From NCBI GenBank assembly GCA_030248215.1, contig JASANG010001649.1, forward strand, positions 186,001 through 250,000: a DNA stretch of 64,000 nt, in the 5' to 3' direction. The notes below the pieces were generated by a model. The model worked only from the letters and a program-made list of their open reading frames with translations, had not been told where the DNA came from and did not search any database. The stretch comes from Enoplolaimus lenunculus (taxonomy: Eukaryota). Every line of letters starts with the position of its first letter. Position 1 is the first letter of the stretch. The position numbers and the translations under genes are program-made. Positions 31,701 through 45,500 of the stretch are shown one piece after another.

Positions 31701-34700
31701 TTGCATTTTTGTGGTTTAAAACATTTATGGCATCGTGTAAAAAATATGGGTCATCCGCATTTACAACGTCTACACTACGTTAAAAAATTCTCAAATATAT
31801 TCGGTTTGGCTGGGATCAAAAACACTATAGATTTGAGTTACGGTTGTACTGAGGGTGCTTTGGGATAGTGCGATTTGTACCGAGCCTTTCCGAAGGGTAT
31901 GAGGAGAGTAACCAAGTGAAAAATAAAGTAAAAAATAAAGTTTGGCGGCGATTTATTAGTTTAATTGCATGAAACGGAAATTCAGAGCAGATAGAAATAT
32001 TCCAAACCTTTGTTAGAAAAATCTCATTTTTATTTTCGGTAACGGTTAAAAATTGACCGAGACCAAAACTCTCGGTCTCGGTAGTTTGGGTCTCGGTCTT
32101 GGTCTCGGTTTCGGTCTAAGCTATAGACCTATAATTTATTGATACGATGCCTTAAATGATTTACGCACGAAAATGCAACTGTTTGTGATTTGTCACAATA
32201 AAACCAAAGTGTTTTGGGTTTCCTTTCAAAAAGTAGACTTTTGGGTAACCGGAGTGGTCATTCTGTTTCTTAAATCGCAGTATAACCTCGTACTGGTGTT
32301 CCACAATCGTTCGCTGTCAGTGTTAGATAGATAGATAAAGTAGAAGAGGATATAACACCACTGTGGGCGTTCGCGTAGACAAATCAAAAGCATTGTCCAT
32401 TGCGACATCCTACGACCTTATATACTCTGTGTGTCACTCTACATTAACCTTTAGACGTTCTGTTTCAACAATAAACTTATAAATTTTCCTTATATCAAGA
32501 GATCTAATTTCTCTAACAGCTAATGTCTTCCTACCAAGAAATTGCTCGCGTTTGTCTTCCCACCGCTTGCATACGCATAAAAAGTGCTCAGCGGTCTCAC
32601 TTACATTGCATTCTGAACAATTTTTATCTTGAGCTACTCTCACTCCAAATAAATGATAACTTAACCAACAATGTCCCGATAAAATCTGAATACATTGTCT
32701 AAGTTTGTCTTTATTAAGCTTTAATAAAAATCTACTTCTTCTTATGTTTGGTTATTGAATTATTGATCTTGTAAATCTACAGATTTTCTGATTTATCCAT
32801 CTATATATAAATTTCCTGTGCATCCATGATGTAATTCTTAAGCGAACCTCCCGCTTACATATAGGCAGTACCGATTCTGGTCCTATAAATCGTCTACCTC
32901 ATCCACGCCTTGCTAATTCATCCGCTAAGTCATTACCGATTACATTTGACTGACCCGGCACCCAAACTAGTAAAACTTCATTTAATTGTGAGAGTTCTTT
33001 AATTGCTATTCGACACTCGTTAACTATTTTAGATCTAATTTTGATACTATGTAAAGCTTTCAGTGCTGCCTGACTGTCTGAAATAATGAGTATTCTTTTT
33101 TCAACAGTATTCCTTCCTGTTAACTCTTCAGCGCATATTTTGATCGGAATGATTTCTGTCTGGAAAACTGAAACATACTCTCCTAGTGATCGGCTAACCA
33201 TGAAGTGCTCTGAGAAAATTCCAGCACCTGCTAATTTCCTTGCTGCACCTTGAACGACAGAGCCATCGGTGTAGCATACTATATCGTCATTCCTTTGAAA
33301 GTCTCTTATAAAATTATTCTAAAGAGCTCTAGATGGAAACAACACATTCCATGTCGGTTCATCTATTATTTCACCTGACATATTATCTAAAAGAAAACTG
33401 AGCACATCAAGTTGATTGATCTCAGCCGAGTAATCTCGATGTCCTTTGATACTAAAGACGTTATCGCCCTCTGATAATTTATTAATTCTGTTTAATTCTG
33501 CAATCCCTTCTTTCATTATCTCGAGATCTATTGGAAGCAGATTTAAAATCGTTTCCATATTTATAGTCGGAGACGATTTTACAGCGATTTGAGAAACAGA
33601 ATGACCCCACCGATTACCCAAAGTTTTATTTTTTCAAAGGAAATACAAACCACTTGGATTTTACTCTGACACAGCACAAACTTTGCATTTTTGTGGTTTA
33701 AAACATTTATGGCATCGTGTAAAAAATATGGGTCATCCGCATTTACAACGTCTACACTACGTTAAAAAATTCTCAAATATATTCGGTTTGGCTGGGATCA
33801 AAAACACTATAGATTTGAGTTACGGTTGTACTGAGGGTGCTTTGGGATAGTGCGATTTGTACCGAGCCTTTCCGAAGGGTATGAGGAGAGTAACCAAGTG
33901 AAAAATAAAGTAAAAAATAAAGTTTGGCGGCGATTTATTAGTTTAATTGCATGAAACGGAAATTCAGAGCAGATAGAAATATTCAAAACCTTTGTTAGAA
34001 AAATCTTATTTTTATTTTCGGTAACGGTTAAAAATTGACCGAGACCGAGACCAAAACTCTCGGTCTCGGTAGGTTGGGTCTCGGTCTTGGTCTCGGTTTC
34101 GGTCTAAGCTATAGACCTATAATTTATTTATACGATGCCTTAAATGATTTACGCACGAAAATGCAACTGTTTGTGATTTGTCACAATAAAACCAAAGTGT
34201 TTTGGGTTTCCTTTCAAAAAAGAGAATTTTGGGTAACCGGAGTGGTCATTCTGTTTCTTAAATCGCAGTATAACCACGTACTGGTGTTCCACAATCGTTC
34301 GCTGTCAGTGTTGGTAGGCGAAATGCGCAAGTACTTCCGGCCAAAGCTGCGATCCAAGGAAAATTTTTGTGACTACTTGTCGCTTTTTCGGTCCTCTTTG
34401 GTCTCGGTTTGCAAACCACCGAGACTGAACAAACCGAGACAAAGACCAGCCAAATCCGACTTACCGAAACCGAGACCGCCCATCTCTGCTATCTCGATAT
34501 TCCTTGTAGTTGAAATTCACTTAAACATATCTGACAGGTAACAAATGATCCATTTTAACAATTCCAAAATAATAAATCTATATTTCAATCTTTATTTTAA
34601 TCTAAATGTTATGAAGAAAAACAAATGATGACTAACCTAAATGACACTGGCTCTATTGGCGAAGACACAAAGAGAGCTACATAAGTGACCGAAGCCAGAA

Positions 34701-35978
34701 AAATCGCAACCCAAAGAGTAAAGCCAACTAAGCATAAATATTTCCATGAGCACCATCCCCTGAAAATAATTCACTATACTACATTTAAGTTCATGAGTGA
34801 ATAACCGTGCGCGTACATATATGCAAAAAGTTTACTGCATATGTTTAATTGACAGATTGGTAAACGATTTTTCAGCGAGCACGGAGTTTTGCGAAACGTT
34901 GTATGATTTGTATTTGGGGATCGAAATGTCGATTTTCGGCCGCCTGTCCATCCGAAAATAATCTGAAAAACCCGGATTTTGAAAAACTTTTTGTTTGCAA
35001 GCTTATTGTCTTAGGGTGTTAACCTAGCGTTGGGGTTTCAAAATTTTCAGTCGTTTGTCAGCTGGAGGCTAACAAGCATAATTAGTTAAGCATAAATTAA
35101 GGTTACAAGATATCTAATTTCAGTCCTAGTCCTAAAGGTTTTTGAGTGCGAGGAATCTGAACAAAATGTTTACAAGCCTTCAAGCGGATCAATGAATATT
35201 AATCTAATAACTAGTTTGCATATTAGCTTAACTGGAAACTAAGTGGGTCAAAATATGCGTTTGTGCTTAATAATCCTGGAATGAACTAGACTGATTAAAA
35301 TGTACGTAAATGTGTCCGAGCTTCGCTCAGTACATGTAGTTCAACTACAACTGGTTATATAGGTTCTCGTCAAATAGAAACCAATAGAAATGTTCCACTT
35401 ATTACGTTAACGTAAATATTGTTATTTTCAAAACAAACCCACAATATCTGAAACAACAAATCAGGGTTCAACGAGAAGCGACTAGCAAATTGGAACAGAC
35501 TTAATAAACCGGAATCGGAACTTTTACAAAAATTTCATTAACGCTCCCTAGTCACTTTACTGAGGCAAGCTATTTTTATGCGGGCTAAAACGGCTCACAT
35601 CAATGAAATTTTGTTGACACAAATAAAAACTGACAAAAACATAATACGTTTACGTATACCCCACTCCAGTTGTAACCGAAGTAGCAAAAGCGAATAAATT
35701 AAAGTTACGATTTCAGTTTGTAATCATGACACCGGAACCAAGAACTCAATCTGCTAAGCTGGAACCGGAACTTAAACCACAACCGGAACTTTCGGTCGAA
35801 CCCTGCAGCAAACCATAGTTCTAAGTGTAGTTAGCATTTACGTTGACTTCTTTTTCTTTTTTCCGTAAGAATCGTCATCGTAATCAGTATTAGACATTGT
35901 GGGCATAGTAAACGCAGTATCGTAAGATGAAGTCGGCAGTATATTTCTCTGTCGCACATTCTGCGGGGATCCAAACAT
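24693..35978 (-). CDS. APMAP: APMAP/hemomucin-like strictosidine-synthase-like (SSL) beta-propeller type II membrane protein with a ~490-aa Gln-rich C-terminal tail; 9 exons, ~924 aa
   Basis: Exons (minus strand): 35978-35842, 34759-34637, 31067-30958, 30735-30634, 30280-30164, 29863-29692, 28803-28669, 26991-26799, 26378-24693; phases consistent. N-terminal VRQR, TM helix YLCLVGFTLWVAIFLASVTYVALFV-SSPIEP, motifs AERILEGKVFGPES, GRPLGIR, VADAYNG, FFND..DGRIVFTDSS, LAFPNG, NLPGLPDNIR..GGYWV, SEV..LYLGSY. The four SSL metal-ligand positions (E, N, N, D) are present. Confidence 0.92.
24696..25775 (-). repeat. Gln-rich coding low-complexity region: Q28 (25692-25775), Q32 (25284-25379) and about ten QVPVQ-type repeats
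   Basis: (TTG)n tracts on the + strand; translation of ORF 24693..26339. Confidence 0.9.
28034..28451. mobile_element. hAT-like MITE, same family as 5277-5665
   Basis: Similar TIRs and body; degenerate 8-bp TSD gttcgtcc/gttggccc. Confidence 0.8.
31598..34312 (+). repeat. ~730-bp near-identical direct repeats (31598-32324 and 33580-34312) flanking the LINE
   Basis: Both copies run from tacagcgatttgagaaacag to cgttcgctgtcagtgtt; about ten substitutions plus 1-bp and 6-bp indels. Confidence 0.95.
32325..33579 (-). mobile_element. 5'-truncated RNase H-bearing LINE (LOA/Lian-like), decayed, with (TCTA)n tail
   Basis: YTDGS...GAGIF...SLGEYVSVFQTE...ISDSQAALKAL...WVPGQ...GNDLADELARRG, GPE, C-terminal CSEC..ETAEHFLC. 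In-frame stops present; catalytic-loop His replaced by Gln; tail agatagatagata at 32325. Confidence 0.88.
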
Positions 35979-36227
35979 TGTACAATGCAATTCAAATATT
36001 TAAAGTACTAACAATCTTTTAACAACTAAGTAAACATTCGGAGCATTTAAACATCATATCTGGCGGAATTTTCGGCAATCGAAAAACTTCTTAAAAATTT
36101 CTATCTAAATAAATACCCGTATATTATACATTAACTAGAACATAAGCTACGCATAAGGTGTTCTTCTTATAAAGTCTAACTATGGTTTACAAAATGATGG
36201 TTATGGTTTAAGCTTTCATATAACGAT

Positions 36228-36760
36228 GTAATGTAGTATCCTATCGGTTTATTAATCATAGTGTACTAAAGTTGGAATCGGCTTCGGTTTCGGTTCGGCA
36301 TCGGTAAAATTTCAAAATAAGAATCGGTATCGGTAAAGGCATCGGCAAAAATTTTGGTATCGGTACATTTCTACTGTTAATCGGCATAGGCATCGGCATC
36401 GGTAATAATCGACAATTTTCGGGGGCATCGGCATCGGCACTGCAAAAAAATTGCCGATACCTTTTACACATAACAGACAGTTAAAATGTGATCAATGTCA
36501 TTTCTGGGTGCACAATAGTGTGTCTGCTCAGGAAAATTGTTATCCCTCTCTTGCGTTTGTGTTTGAAAAAAAATTAATTAAAATTAACCGTTCTTACAAA
36601 GTTATAATCGATTATGATGGTTAGGGTTTAAGCATTCATATAATAACGTAATGTAGTATTCTATCTGCTTATTAAACATGATGTACTAAAGTTGGAATCG
36701 GCATCGGCAAAATTTTAAAATAAGAATCGGCATCGGTATCGGCAAAAATTTTGGTATCGC
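36228..36760. repeat. ATCGGC-subrepeat element with internal direct duplication; inverted relative at ~23745-24148
   Basis: taatgtagtat.ctatc...gtactaaagttggaatcggc occurs twice; reverse complement at ~23800-23865. Confidence 0.6.
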
Positions 36761-39700
36761 CACTCAAAGTATACTGGCAAAATTACTTTTTGCACTCTGA
36801 CATATGGACGACTAGAAAATACTGGTTATATAAATGTTGCGACGAAAAACTGAACCAAAATTAATACTCACAAACCACAATAGCTATGTATATTTTACGT
36901 GTACTCCTTTGCAACTATAAATCTCGGTTCTGAGTGCTTGAAGGCAAACATATAAGAAGCACGTATCTTAAATCAGAAACATTACGATCTAGCACTAGTA
37001 AAAGATAACATACCTACACAAACTATTGTCAAGCTTAAACTTTTCAACGCGACAGACGATGAGGCATGCACAAAGACTGTACGAAGCAGCATTACAAATA
37101 ATTCAAGCAGCGTTGGGTTAGCTATTCACAATGTATTCCCCTTCCACTTCCCGAAATCTGCGACGAAAATAGATGCAGAAGTAGCAGTTGCCTTCGGCTA
37201 ATACTTTAGACAATTGTGAGCAAATAGCGTTATACGTCAAACACAAAGCAAATTAATGTTCGTCAACCTTCTAGATTGGAACAATTGTCGCAACGAAGCG
37301 TGCATAAAACACAGGAACCAATGAATTATTGTGTGTTGCCATCGTTTTGGATAGCATCCACTGCAACAAAAATGAGCTGAAAGTCATCTGTACAAACATA
37401 CATTTTAAAATAGATATTTGGTCTCACTGGCTGACAAAACTGCACTAACTGAAACAAAGAGCTGCACTGAAACAGCTGAAGCGTGAGGAAATTAATATAT
37501 TGAATTTTTCAAATAAATAACTTGTTCAATTGAGGCTGATAGATATCGCCATGAAGGAAATATAGCAGAGAATTGAAAGAAAACTGAGCAAGACGAAGTT
37601 CTGTGCTACACTTGACGCACACGACGAAGCAAATCAACGAAACATAACAACCCATTCAGGTTTTATACAAAGTTGTTTTCGTGATTTTCCGTGTTTCCAG
37701 ATCAATAAGGTCTAAACAGTATTGAAAGCATAGCACATTTGTACAATTTTGAGACAAAATAAACGAGATCTCGGTTTGGCAGGCCCAAACGATTACAGTC
37801 AACGAAACAGTTAAAACACAATAAATCTTCCGAGTAAATATTGAAAGTTTCAGTATACACAGTAAAAAATAATCAGAAAACAGTGTACACGTTGAAAACA
37901 ACGTTAGTGTGGTTACATGTGTGTGGCAGGAAAGTACGTATACTATAAATCGTGATCTATACAGTGTTGAAGTGTTTGTATACACACAACTCGTGGTGTT
38001 CAGCAAAAAATAAATATATCACACTTTCATTTATACTTCGCACCAAAGCGCAAAGGAATAGTCAAAATAACGGAAATGGAAAAGGATTAACATAACGGAA
38101 ACGAAATTTTTTTGTGCCAACACTTTGAGGCGCGCAAATATTCATCGAGCTTCCGAAAAAAATTAAAGACAAAATAGCGGATGCAGCGAAACTTTTTTAG
38201 ATTTTGGATGCATTTCGTAATTCCTATTTCATATTGAACAATTGCAGCAGATCTGCAATGAAAAATTTCGAGATATATACTTGATTTATAAATTAGTTTT
38301 GAACGTAAAAATAACTAAACGCCCGTTATTCCTGCAACTGAAACGGGCATCGATTTTACCCGAAACGGAAACGAATATCTGGTTTACACCCTGCTTCGCA
38401 CCTCGATTATGGGAAAGGTGTAAGCTGGACATCCGTTTCCGTTACAAGGGCAGGAAGTTTCTTAACTTCCAACTGCCTAAGTCTCCCAAACCTCGCAATA
38501 TTAATCAAACCACCCGGTAAATCGCCACATGCACTAGATAAATTCCGAGCAGAACGCAAACAGAAATGCTGCAATGCTGGCTAACCCAGCGCCCATGTAT
38601 GTTTGATATGCATATTTTTGGGTGGCTTTGGGAGTGTGCTGTTCGTACCAAGCGTTAATATCGCACGTGATTTATTTGCGTATGATACCGCACGGTGACG
38701 AACGGCTCCGCGCCGTACGTGTGACGCATGGTAACGGACGGTGCCGTACGAGTGACGCACGCTGACGGACGGCGCCGTACGAGTGAAGCACGGTGACGGC
38801 CGGCGCCGGACGTCAAGTATCGCACAACCTTAATGTTTTGTTTTAAAAAAATTTTACTTAGCAATATGGCTTAGGCTTAGACTTAGCTTATTTTAAAATT
38901 CTCCTTGTTTATATGTTGCACCAACACACTTTTATAGTCAAGCAAGATGTACCTCAACTAAAATGTACTTGAAGTTACATAAGGATTACGCGCATGCGTT
39001 ACTGTCATTTTGTGTTTCCACAGTGATTCTTTGTTCTAAACAAACCTGGATTTGTAACATTTAGAGCCCGGCGTTAAAGTTTATTTGATAAGATATCATC
39101 AACTGGTGATACATGCTGTAATCATTTCAACATATGATTGCAAACCAAAATTTGTTATATATACGTTCGCTATTGCAGTCGTCATTATTTGTTTGCTTTG
39201 CGATAAACCGTAATTTTTAGGTTTAAAAATTCAGCTGAAGTTTTGTTGTTGGAGTTTTAACCAACTTTCTGTCGTATGATATTAAAGTTTCTGAACTACG
39301 TACCTATTCTTAAATTAGCTCTATACGCTTTGACAGTTTTAAAGCTGTCCGGCACAGCATGGCAACGCACCAGGCCCGTGCATGCTAGAGGGCCTAAAAC
39401 TTTTTCAGAAGCGGCATAGAGTGGTTTTCGATGACTTACAAGAGCATGGTTGATCGTTATGGTAGCCCAAATTGTTCCACGGTCCTCGTGACCATATTCT
39501 GGCATAAAAGCCCTCAACGCAAATAAATTGCCGCATGGTACCGCATAACAATTTGGTCCAATGTAATTTTTGGGGCCATAATTCAAGATTAACATATTCC
39601 TAAGTCTAATTCTAGTGGAAAAATAAGTGTAAATCCTATGCTTAAGCCTGAGCAAATATGGTCTAAAATTGAATCTTTTACACTATCGGAGTCGTGCAGA

Positions 39701-39890
39701 AAACGGGAGGGCACTAAAACTAACATGGGCCTCACAATTTGTAAACGAAATCTCTTGACTTGCGGCGCTGTTCGGTACCGGACAACGGTGCACGGTTAGT
39801 GCAACCTGTAGATGTTTAAAAGAAACATCTATAAGCTGATCGTCGACGTCTTGAATTTTTCATGGTGCTAGAGTAATAAAACGAAGTTAA

Positions 39891-40333
39891 CTGCATTGAC
39901 CCAAATAAGAGGGGGGTAATAAGAGGGGGTCCCATTTTGAGTCCGAATGAATAAGAGTCCGCATCCCTAATAAGAGTCCGTAAGCGGATAGAGTCCCTAA
40001 ACCCTAATTAGAGTCCATAAATGTCAATTAAAGCCCTAATTGTAGCGCATAAATGACTCCAGGACGAAATAATTTGAGTTCGAAACTTTAAAGCGTACGT
40101 AAATTTTGAAGGTACATTCCTAAGCATAACCTTATATTATCGCTCAAGCTATTGACACAAGACAAATAAACGTTTGATTCTATGGATAATTGCAATACCG
40201 GATATATCAGTAACGATGGGTGGCGGAGCTTGGGTTAAAAATAAATAACAGTCCGTAACCGAATAACAACGGGGGTACCCTCTGGAGAGGCCAAATAAAT
40301 ATCAGCTCCCTCCTCTTATTCGGGTCACTACAG
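39891..40333. mobile_element. Second copy of the Tc2/pogo-like MITE
   Basis: Colinear and highly similar to 19138-19578. Confidence 0.85.
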
Positions 40334-41269
40334 TATGATATTTGTTGTTTAGTACTATGCCTACTGCTATATAATGTTTTCCAGACAACTGCTATTATAC
40401 ATCTTTTGTGGCAAACTATTAATTTATTTCAAAAACCAACTGTAGCGGTTACTTTTAACCGGGGCAGAGTATATATATTTGTTGAAGTCATACATGGTCT
40501 GAATACATAATGTGATTGGGACGAGCTGTTACCTAAAATATGTTTCCAAATTCTCTGGGAGGTCCAAATTTCAGCAAGTTTTATGCCCGATGACAAGTTT
40601 ACCTCTGGCCGCAAAATTTACGGAGCGAATCACAGAGTCTGTACAAATAGTTACGAGTTTTAATTGTTTTGCAAGAAATGTTTCTTGTTAGAGATTTCAT
40701 AGAATGATTCTCCCAAAACGTTGAATATTTGAATGATAAGTATATATGTATGCATTTAAGTCTTGCAGCAACAGCATTTTACCAACGAGTATTTCGTTTA
40801 TTGGCAAACCTTTGTTTGGCAACAAAACTTGATGCTTTTCAGGTTCTGCTGTTGCTTTCATTAGCGGATCCAGAAAACGGGCGCAGGTGGCCCTCGTCAG
40901 AAAATTTTTTGTGTTAATATGGTAACATGAAGGTCCCTACGTTATAATTTTTCCCCTCAGAAAATTGGCACATATACTGCATACAGTAAAAATTACGTTT
41001 CATAACTGTTGCCAGCCTGCCAACGCAAAACAAACTTCTGGACAGCCGCTAGTTGCTTTCGGTTGGCTGCAGTTTTAGAAGGCTGTGTGACTCACAAGAC
41101 AAAAGGCTGACAAAGAAAATATCATAAAATAAATTTGCTGGGCCAGGGCGTGTTGAAGTAAGTGGCGAATACAAGCTGATTAATAGAGGGGATACATTTT
41201 CTACGCTTCGAAGAGCAGATGAAAGTAGAGGTAAAGCTTAAGTAGTCACAAATTTTTGCCGGGACTTTT

Positions 41270-41826
41270 CGGTTTTTCCTCCTCTCCAGCGAGCGTTTGC
41301 CAAAAATGGTCGGAATTTGAAAATTTTTACTTATTTGAGCTTCTCATGATTTGCCCTGATCGTTTCACACCCAAATTTGAATTTTGAAAAATGCGATTTT
41401 TTAAGGTCCTAAGGTCAGTTTCACAAATTATATACCGTTTTATGCAGCTGGCGGAGCTGAGTCCAACGGTCTTAAATATTTTGCAATCAGACGATTGGTT
41501 AACGACTTATGGCTAAATAACTGATTTGGCGCTGACCCAAATCGTTGGCAGAGCGCCAAATCTGCTTAACTCGTTATCCAATCATCTGATGACAAAAACT
41601 TAACACCATTGGACTCAGCTCTGCCAGCTGCTTCGAATGATATATAATTTGTCAAACTTTTTGCCAAAAAAAATTTGGGACCATGCGACCTTAAAAATAT
41701 AATTTTTCACAAATACAAATTTGGCCAAGGAGTGATCAGGGGAGGCCATGAGAAGTTCAAATATGCAAAAAATTTGAAAATCCGACCACTGTAGGGCAAA
41801 AGCGGGCAGGGGGATAGCCGAAAAGA
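41270..41826. mobile_element. ~560-bp palindromic foldback element (copies ~1-115 partial, 11760-12320, 44160-44520, 63420-63975)
   Basis: Inverted arms, e.g. gcagctggcggagctgagtccaa / ttggactcagctctgccagctgc; shared core aataactgatttggcg across copies. Confidence 0.75.
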
Positions 41827-42518
41827 CTCTTTTGGCCAATGTATAGAACAGAGCCGGAACAGTAATATATAAGCATATTAAATAGCATATGTCTAAGCTT
41901 AGGATATTCAGCCTATACCTAAAACCTAAGCGGAAGTGTAAAGAAAACTAGTGTAAAGCTTAAGTTTGAGCTATTGTAGTATCGTGGCAAAACGGTCCGC
42001 CCTTGATCTATACATGGGCCCAAGCCCAAATTTTTTAAAACTCAGCAGTCTATTTATTACTCATTGGTTCTTATGTTGATACAAGACCAATCATCAACTG
42101 GTGATAGGTGATATGCAATGCACGGCTAAAAATGCGATCTTTTTACTAATGCCAGGTGAACAAGCAATAATGGTTCACCTAACGTTTAAGGGTTCAACAA
42201 ACAATAAAATTTACTGATAGTGATATAGTTTAATTTTAATAGCGTATGCAGCTATTACATTGAAGACAGGCAATAATAATGTTTGCACAGTTTACGTTAC
42301 TACAAACTGATTAAATGCAATACTTGTTTTTGAATTAGCGTTTGCAGATTCGCTCGATTTAGCAGCAAATGCACGCGAAGTTATGTTGAGAAACATTAAA
42401 CTGAACTGAAACCCGAAATAAATATTGCAATCGCAACGCAACCTCAAAAGATTGAGTATGTTTACGTTTCAAAACCTACGCGGAAAAATCCCAACTGTAC
42501 CTTGAATATTGAGGCAAA

Positions 42519-45500
42519 ATGATTTTTGATTGGATACGAAACTGGTTTATGTCAACTTTCGGCAGTTGCTTCGTTGCTCCGTTTTGTTGCGGAAGCAGAA
42601 TCGCCCGCAACGCAAGCGAGTCACCTTGGAGCAGCAGTGGACAAACGAGCTCAAGCATTGGAGTTATTAAAGACGATCATGGCCCTATTGATAGCGGAAG
42701 TTTCGGAGGGCTAACAAGCAGCCTAGGTTCAGGGTCACCCCGTGTATTACAAGAATCTATCGAGCTTCCACACGCCAAACCAGATCAAACTGAAACGTCA
42801 CCCCTTCTACCTTCCCAAGAACACGATAATGAACAAGGAGCTGCTGGAGGAGCCCCACAAACCAGGGTAGAACAGCTTGGTGCCCTGGAAATTTCGACGT
42901 CAACAGAAATGTCCGAAGTACTAGGAGTCCAGTTGAATGCAGAGTTGAGCAATATTGACAGTTGTACCTACTACGATGCTGGACCATCGCTGTATGACGA
43001 ACTAGAACAAGCTGCTAACCAGCCGACCCTGCGACTTGATTTGCTAGAGCCTGAAACTAACGAATCTTATAGTGGATACCGCCGCGGGAGCTACTGGTCT
43101 GATACTGAGAGCCACTCGCCCCATGGACTCGACAATGCAACCTCGTCGCCTACATCAAGTGTTCCCGCTACACAACTTAGTCCATTCTCTCCACCGCTCG
43201 AAGCTGGAAGCGACCAAAATAGCTTCTATACTCCAAACAGATTAACTCCAAGCAGCAGTCCTTTGACTACAGATTTAGATTTAGGTAAAAATTTAGTAAA
43301 ATTATCTAAAACAAATATGACTTCACGAGATAAAGCATTCGGGCGTGCACGACTACCAACGATCACTACAGATTTTGATACGTTAAGGCGGTCACTACTA
43401 GATAGGCCTGGTGGAGCGGTGCTGTTTGAAGATCCTGATTTTCCGGCTGAAAAGTCAAGTCTGTGCTACTCGCCGGATCGCTTTGCGGACGTTGATGTCG
43501 TATGGAAACGACCGCATGTTAGTTTTGAGTGGTAGTCCGCTATCTTGTTTGTGTGAAGGTCTAAGTCTAAAATTGCTATTTGAATTATATATTTGACGCA
43601 ATAAATGACAGATTTAGATTTACGCATTATAGTGAACGCTACACAGCTGGGAACTGTACAATAACTGTCGGTCCATGTTTTGAAAATAGATACAGAAGTC
43701 ATGAGCATCAAGCCGCATGGATCTGGGTTGGTCAATAGAATCCCCACATTTTTTTAAAACTTCTTACACTTGGTTTGATCCTACGCATAAGTAGCAGCGA
43801 CAGAAATCTACCAAGCTCTTTTTAAGATTTGCAGCAATACTATTGACATCCAAATCCAAACAGTGTCACGGTCGAAATTTTTTACGTATACAATAGCCTC
43901 AGGCATTAATAAAAAATATTAAATTAGCGTTGGAGGGATATATTTGTATTCGTCAGTGAGCAAAAGATATAAGAGGAACTCTGTTGTGGCTCGTGGGGTG
44001 CCTTCGTAATCCCCAACGTACGGTCATACTTTTAGTTAAGAATATTTTAAAACTAAGTTAAAATAAAACTCATAGCCTCACCATTGGTAAATGATTAGAA
44101 CCAGAGTTCGGTATCAATCACAGTCATTGTCCGACCACCTGTCAAAAATAGGATCCACTATAACGTCCGCAGGAACTAGCCGGTGGTTAACTAGTTATGG
44201 TCGAATAACTGATTTGGCGCCTTCCCAGAACACTGCCCGAATGCGACACAGTTATTAGACTTTAACTCGTGAACCAGTAGTCCAATCGGAAAACTTAAAC
44301 CGCACTCAACTCAGCTGCGCAAGCTGGGTTTAAGCATACATAAACACCTAACTTTTTGAAACAACTTTTTTGGTCGTACGAGAAAGGTTGAAACCGAAAA
44401 CTATCAGTTTCTTTGAAAATGAAACATGCAACGTGGATTAATTAGTGGATGCCATGAGAATCGCTAATATGCGAAAAAATTTAAAATCTGGCCATTTTTA
44501 GCAAACACTGGCTGGCGCTTCACGCAAAAGTGCCAAAATCTTTTTTGATGCATTGCTTTCTCACTAGTCCCCTCGCGAGATTACCGTCCTCACGGGCCTA
44601 AAAAATTTGGACTGGCAATAAAGGATTTGCGATGACTTATAAGCACGTTTGACACTTTTCTATGGGGGCCAAAATTTTACTAGAGGGCTAATCTCACCCA
44701 AGTTTTCCTTTTGCGTCGCGACCATGTTTGTGTACGACTTTAATTCATTAAATTGTTAAGCAAAATTGCCTTAACTACTTCGTCTAGCGGATCCAGAGGA
44801 GGGAAGCAGATGATAAAATGCAAAGGTCCCGCCCTACCTTGCAATTTTCTCCCCCTCATAAAATTAACATATATGTTACATACAGTAAAAATTGCGTTTT
44901 ATAACTTTTGCTAGCCCGCTTTTCACGTGAGAACTTTCTGGATCCGCCGACAGGTACTGCGAAATCAGTGCTTTTTGCCTGTAATACAAAGCCACAAAAA
45001 TCGAATTGAATTTTTTGTGACTTTTAGGAAATCATTACCGACTGCAAATTTATTATTGATGGTGCTACTCGATTTGATATCAAACAAGGAAAACTTGGTA
45101 GGTATACTGATTATCTATGCTTTTTCAAAAGTTCGAACCAACGCGTACCAAAAACAATAGCAAAAAGTACGGAAACCGGAAACCGGTATTAATATAAATA
45201 AAATACATGAATTTTGACAGTAGGCGAATATCTGGTTGAACTCTGTTTTGATTCTTGTATGAACTCTGATGTAAATTTGCGGTTCAGATTTTGATGTAAT
45301 CACAGTCCGTTTTCTGAACATTGCTACCGAAAAAGTAAATGAAAGTATGTCTTTAAAAAAGCTTCTGAATAAAAGCATGAATTTTACCAGAAAAGGAATA
45401 TACGTTGAACGTAGTTTTCTTTCCTGTATGAACATTGGCGTAAATTTGCGGTTCCGATTCCGATATAATCACAGTCCAATTATTACACATTACTGCCGTA

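Larger units (their letters stand above)
31372..34488. mobile_element. Foldback/MITE with long imperfect TIRs (~350-400 bp) and GGTCTC/GAGACC subrepeats; host of the LINE insertion
   Basis: Left catggatgggtgatctcgg...ttccttggatcgcagctttggcccggaag mirrors right cttccggccaaagctgcgatccaaggaa...accgcccatctctg. Confidence 0.8.

Noticed and set aside
31282..31719. 145-aa ORF (and the 168-aa ORF at 34035..34541) as host genes
   Set aside because: Both lie in the foldback element within an APMAP intron; no recognisable domain.
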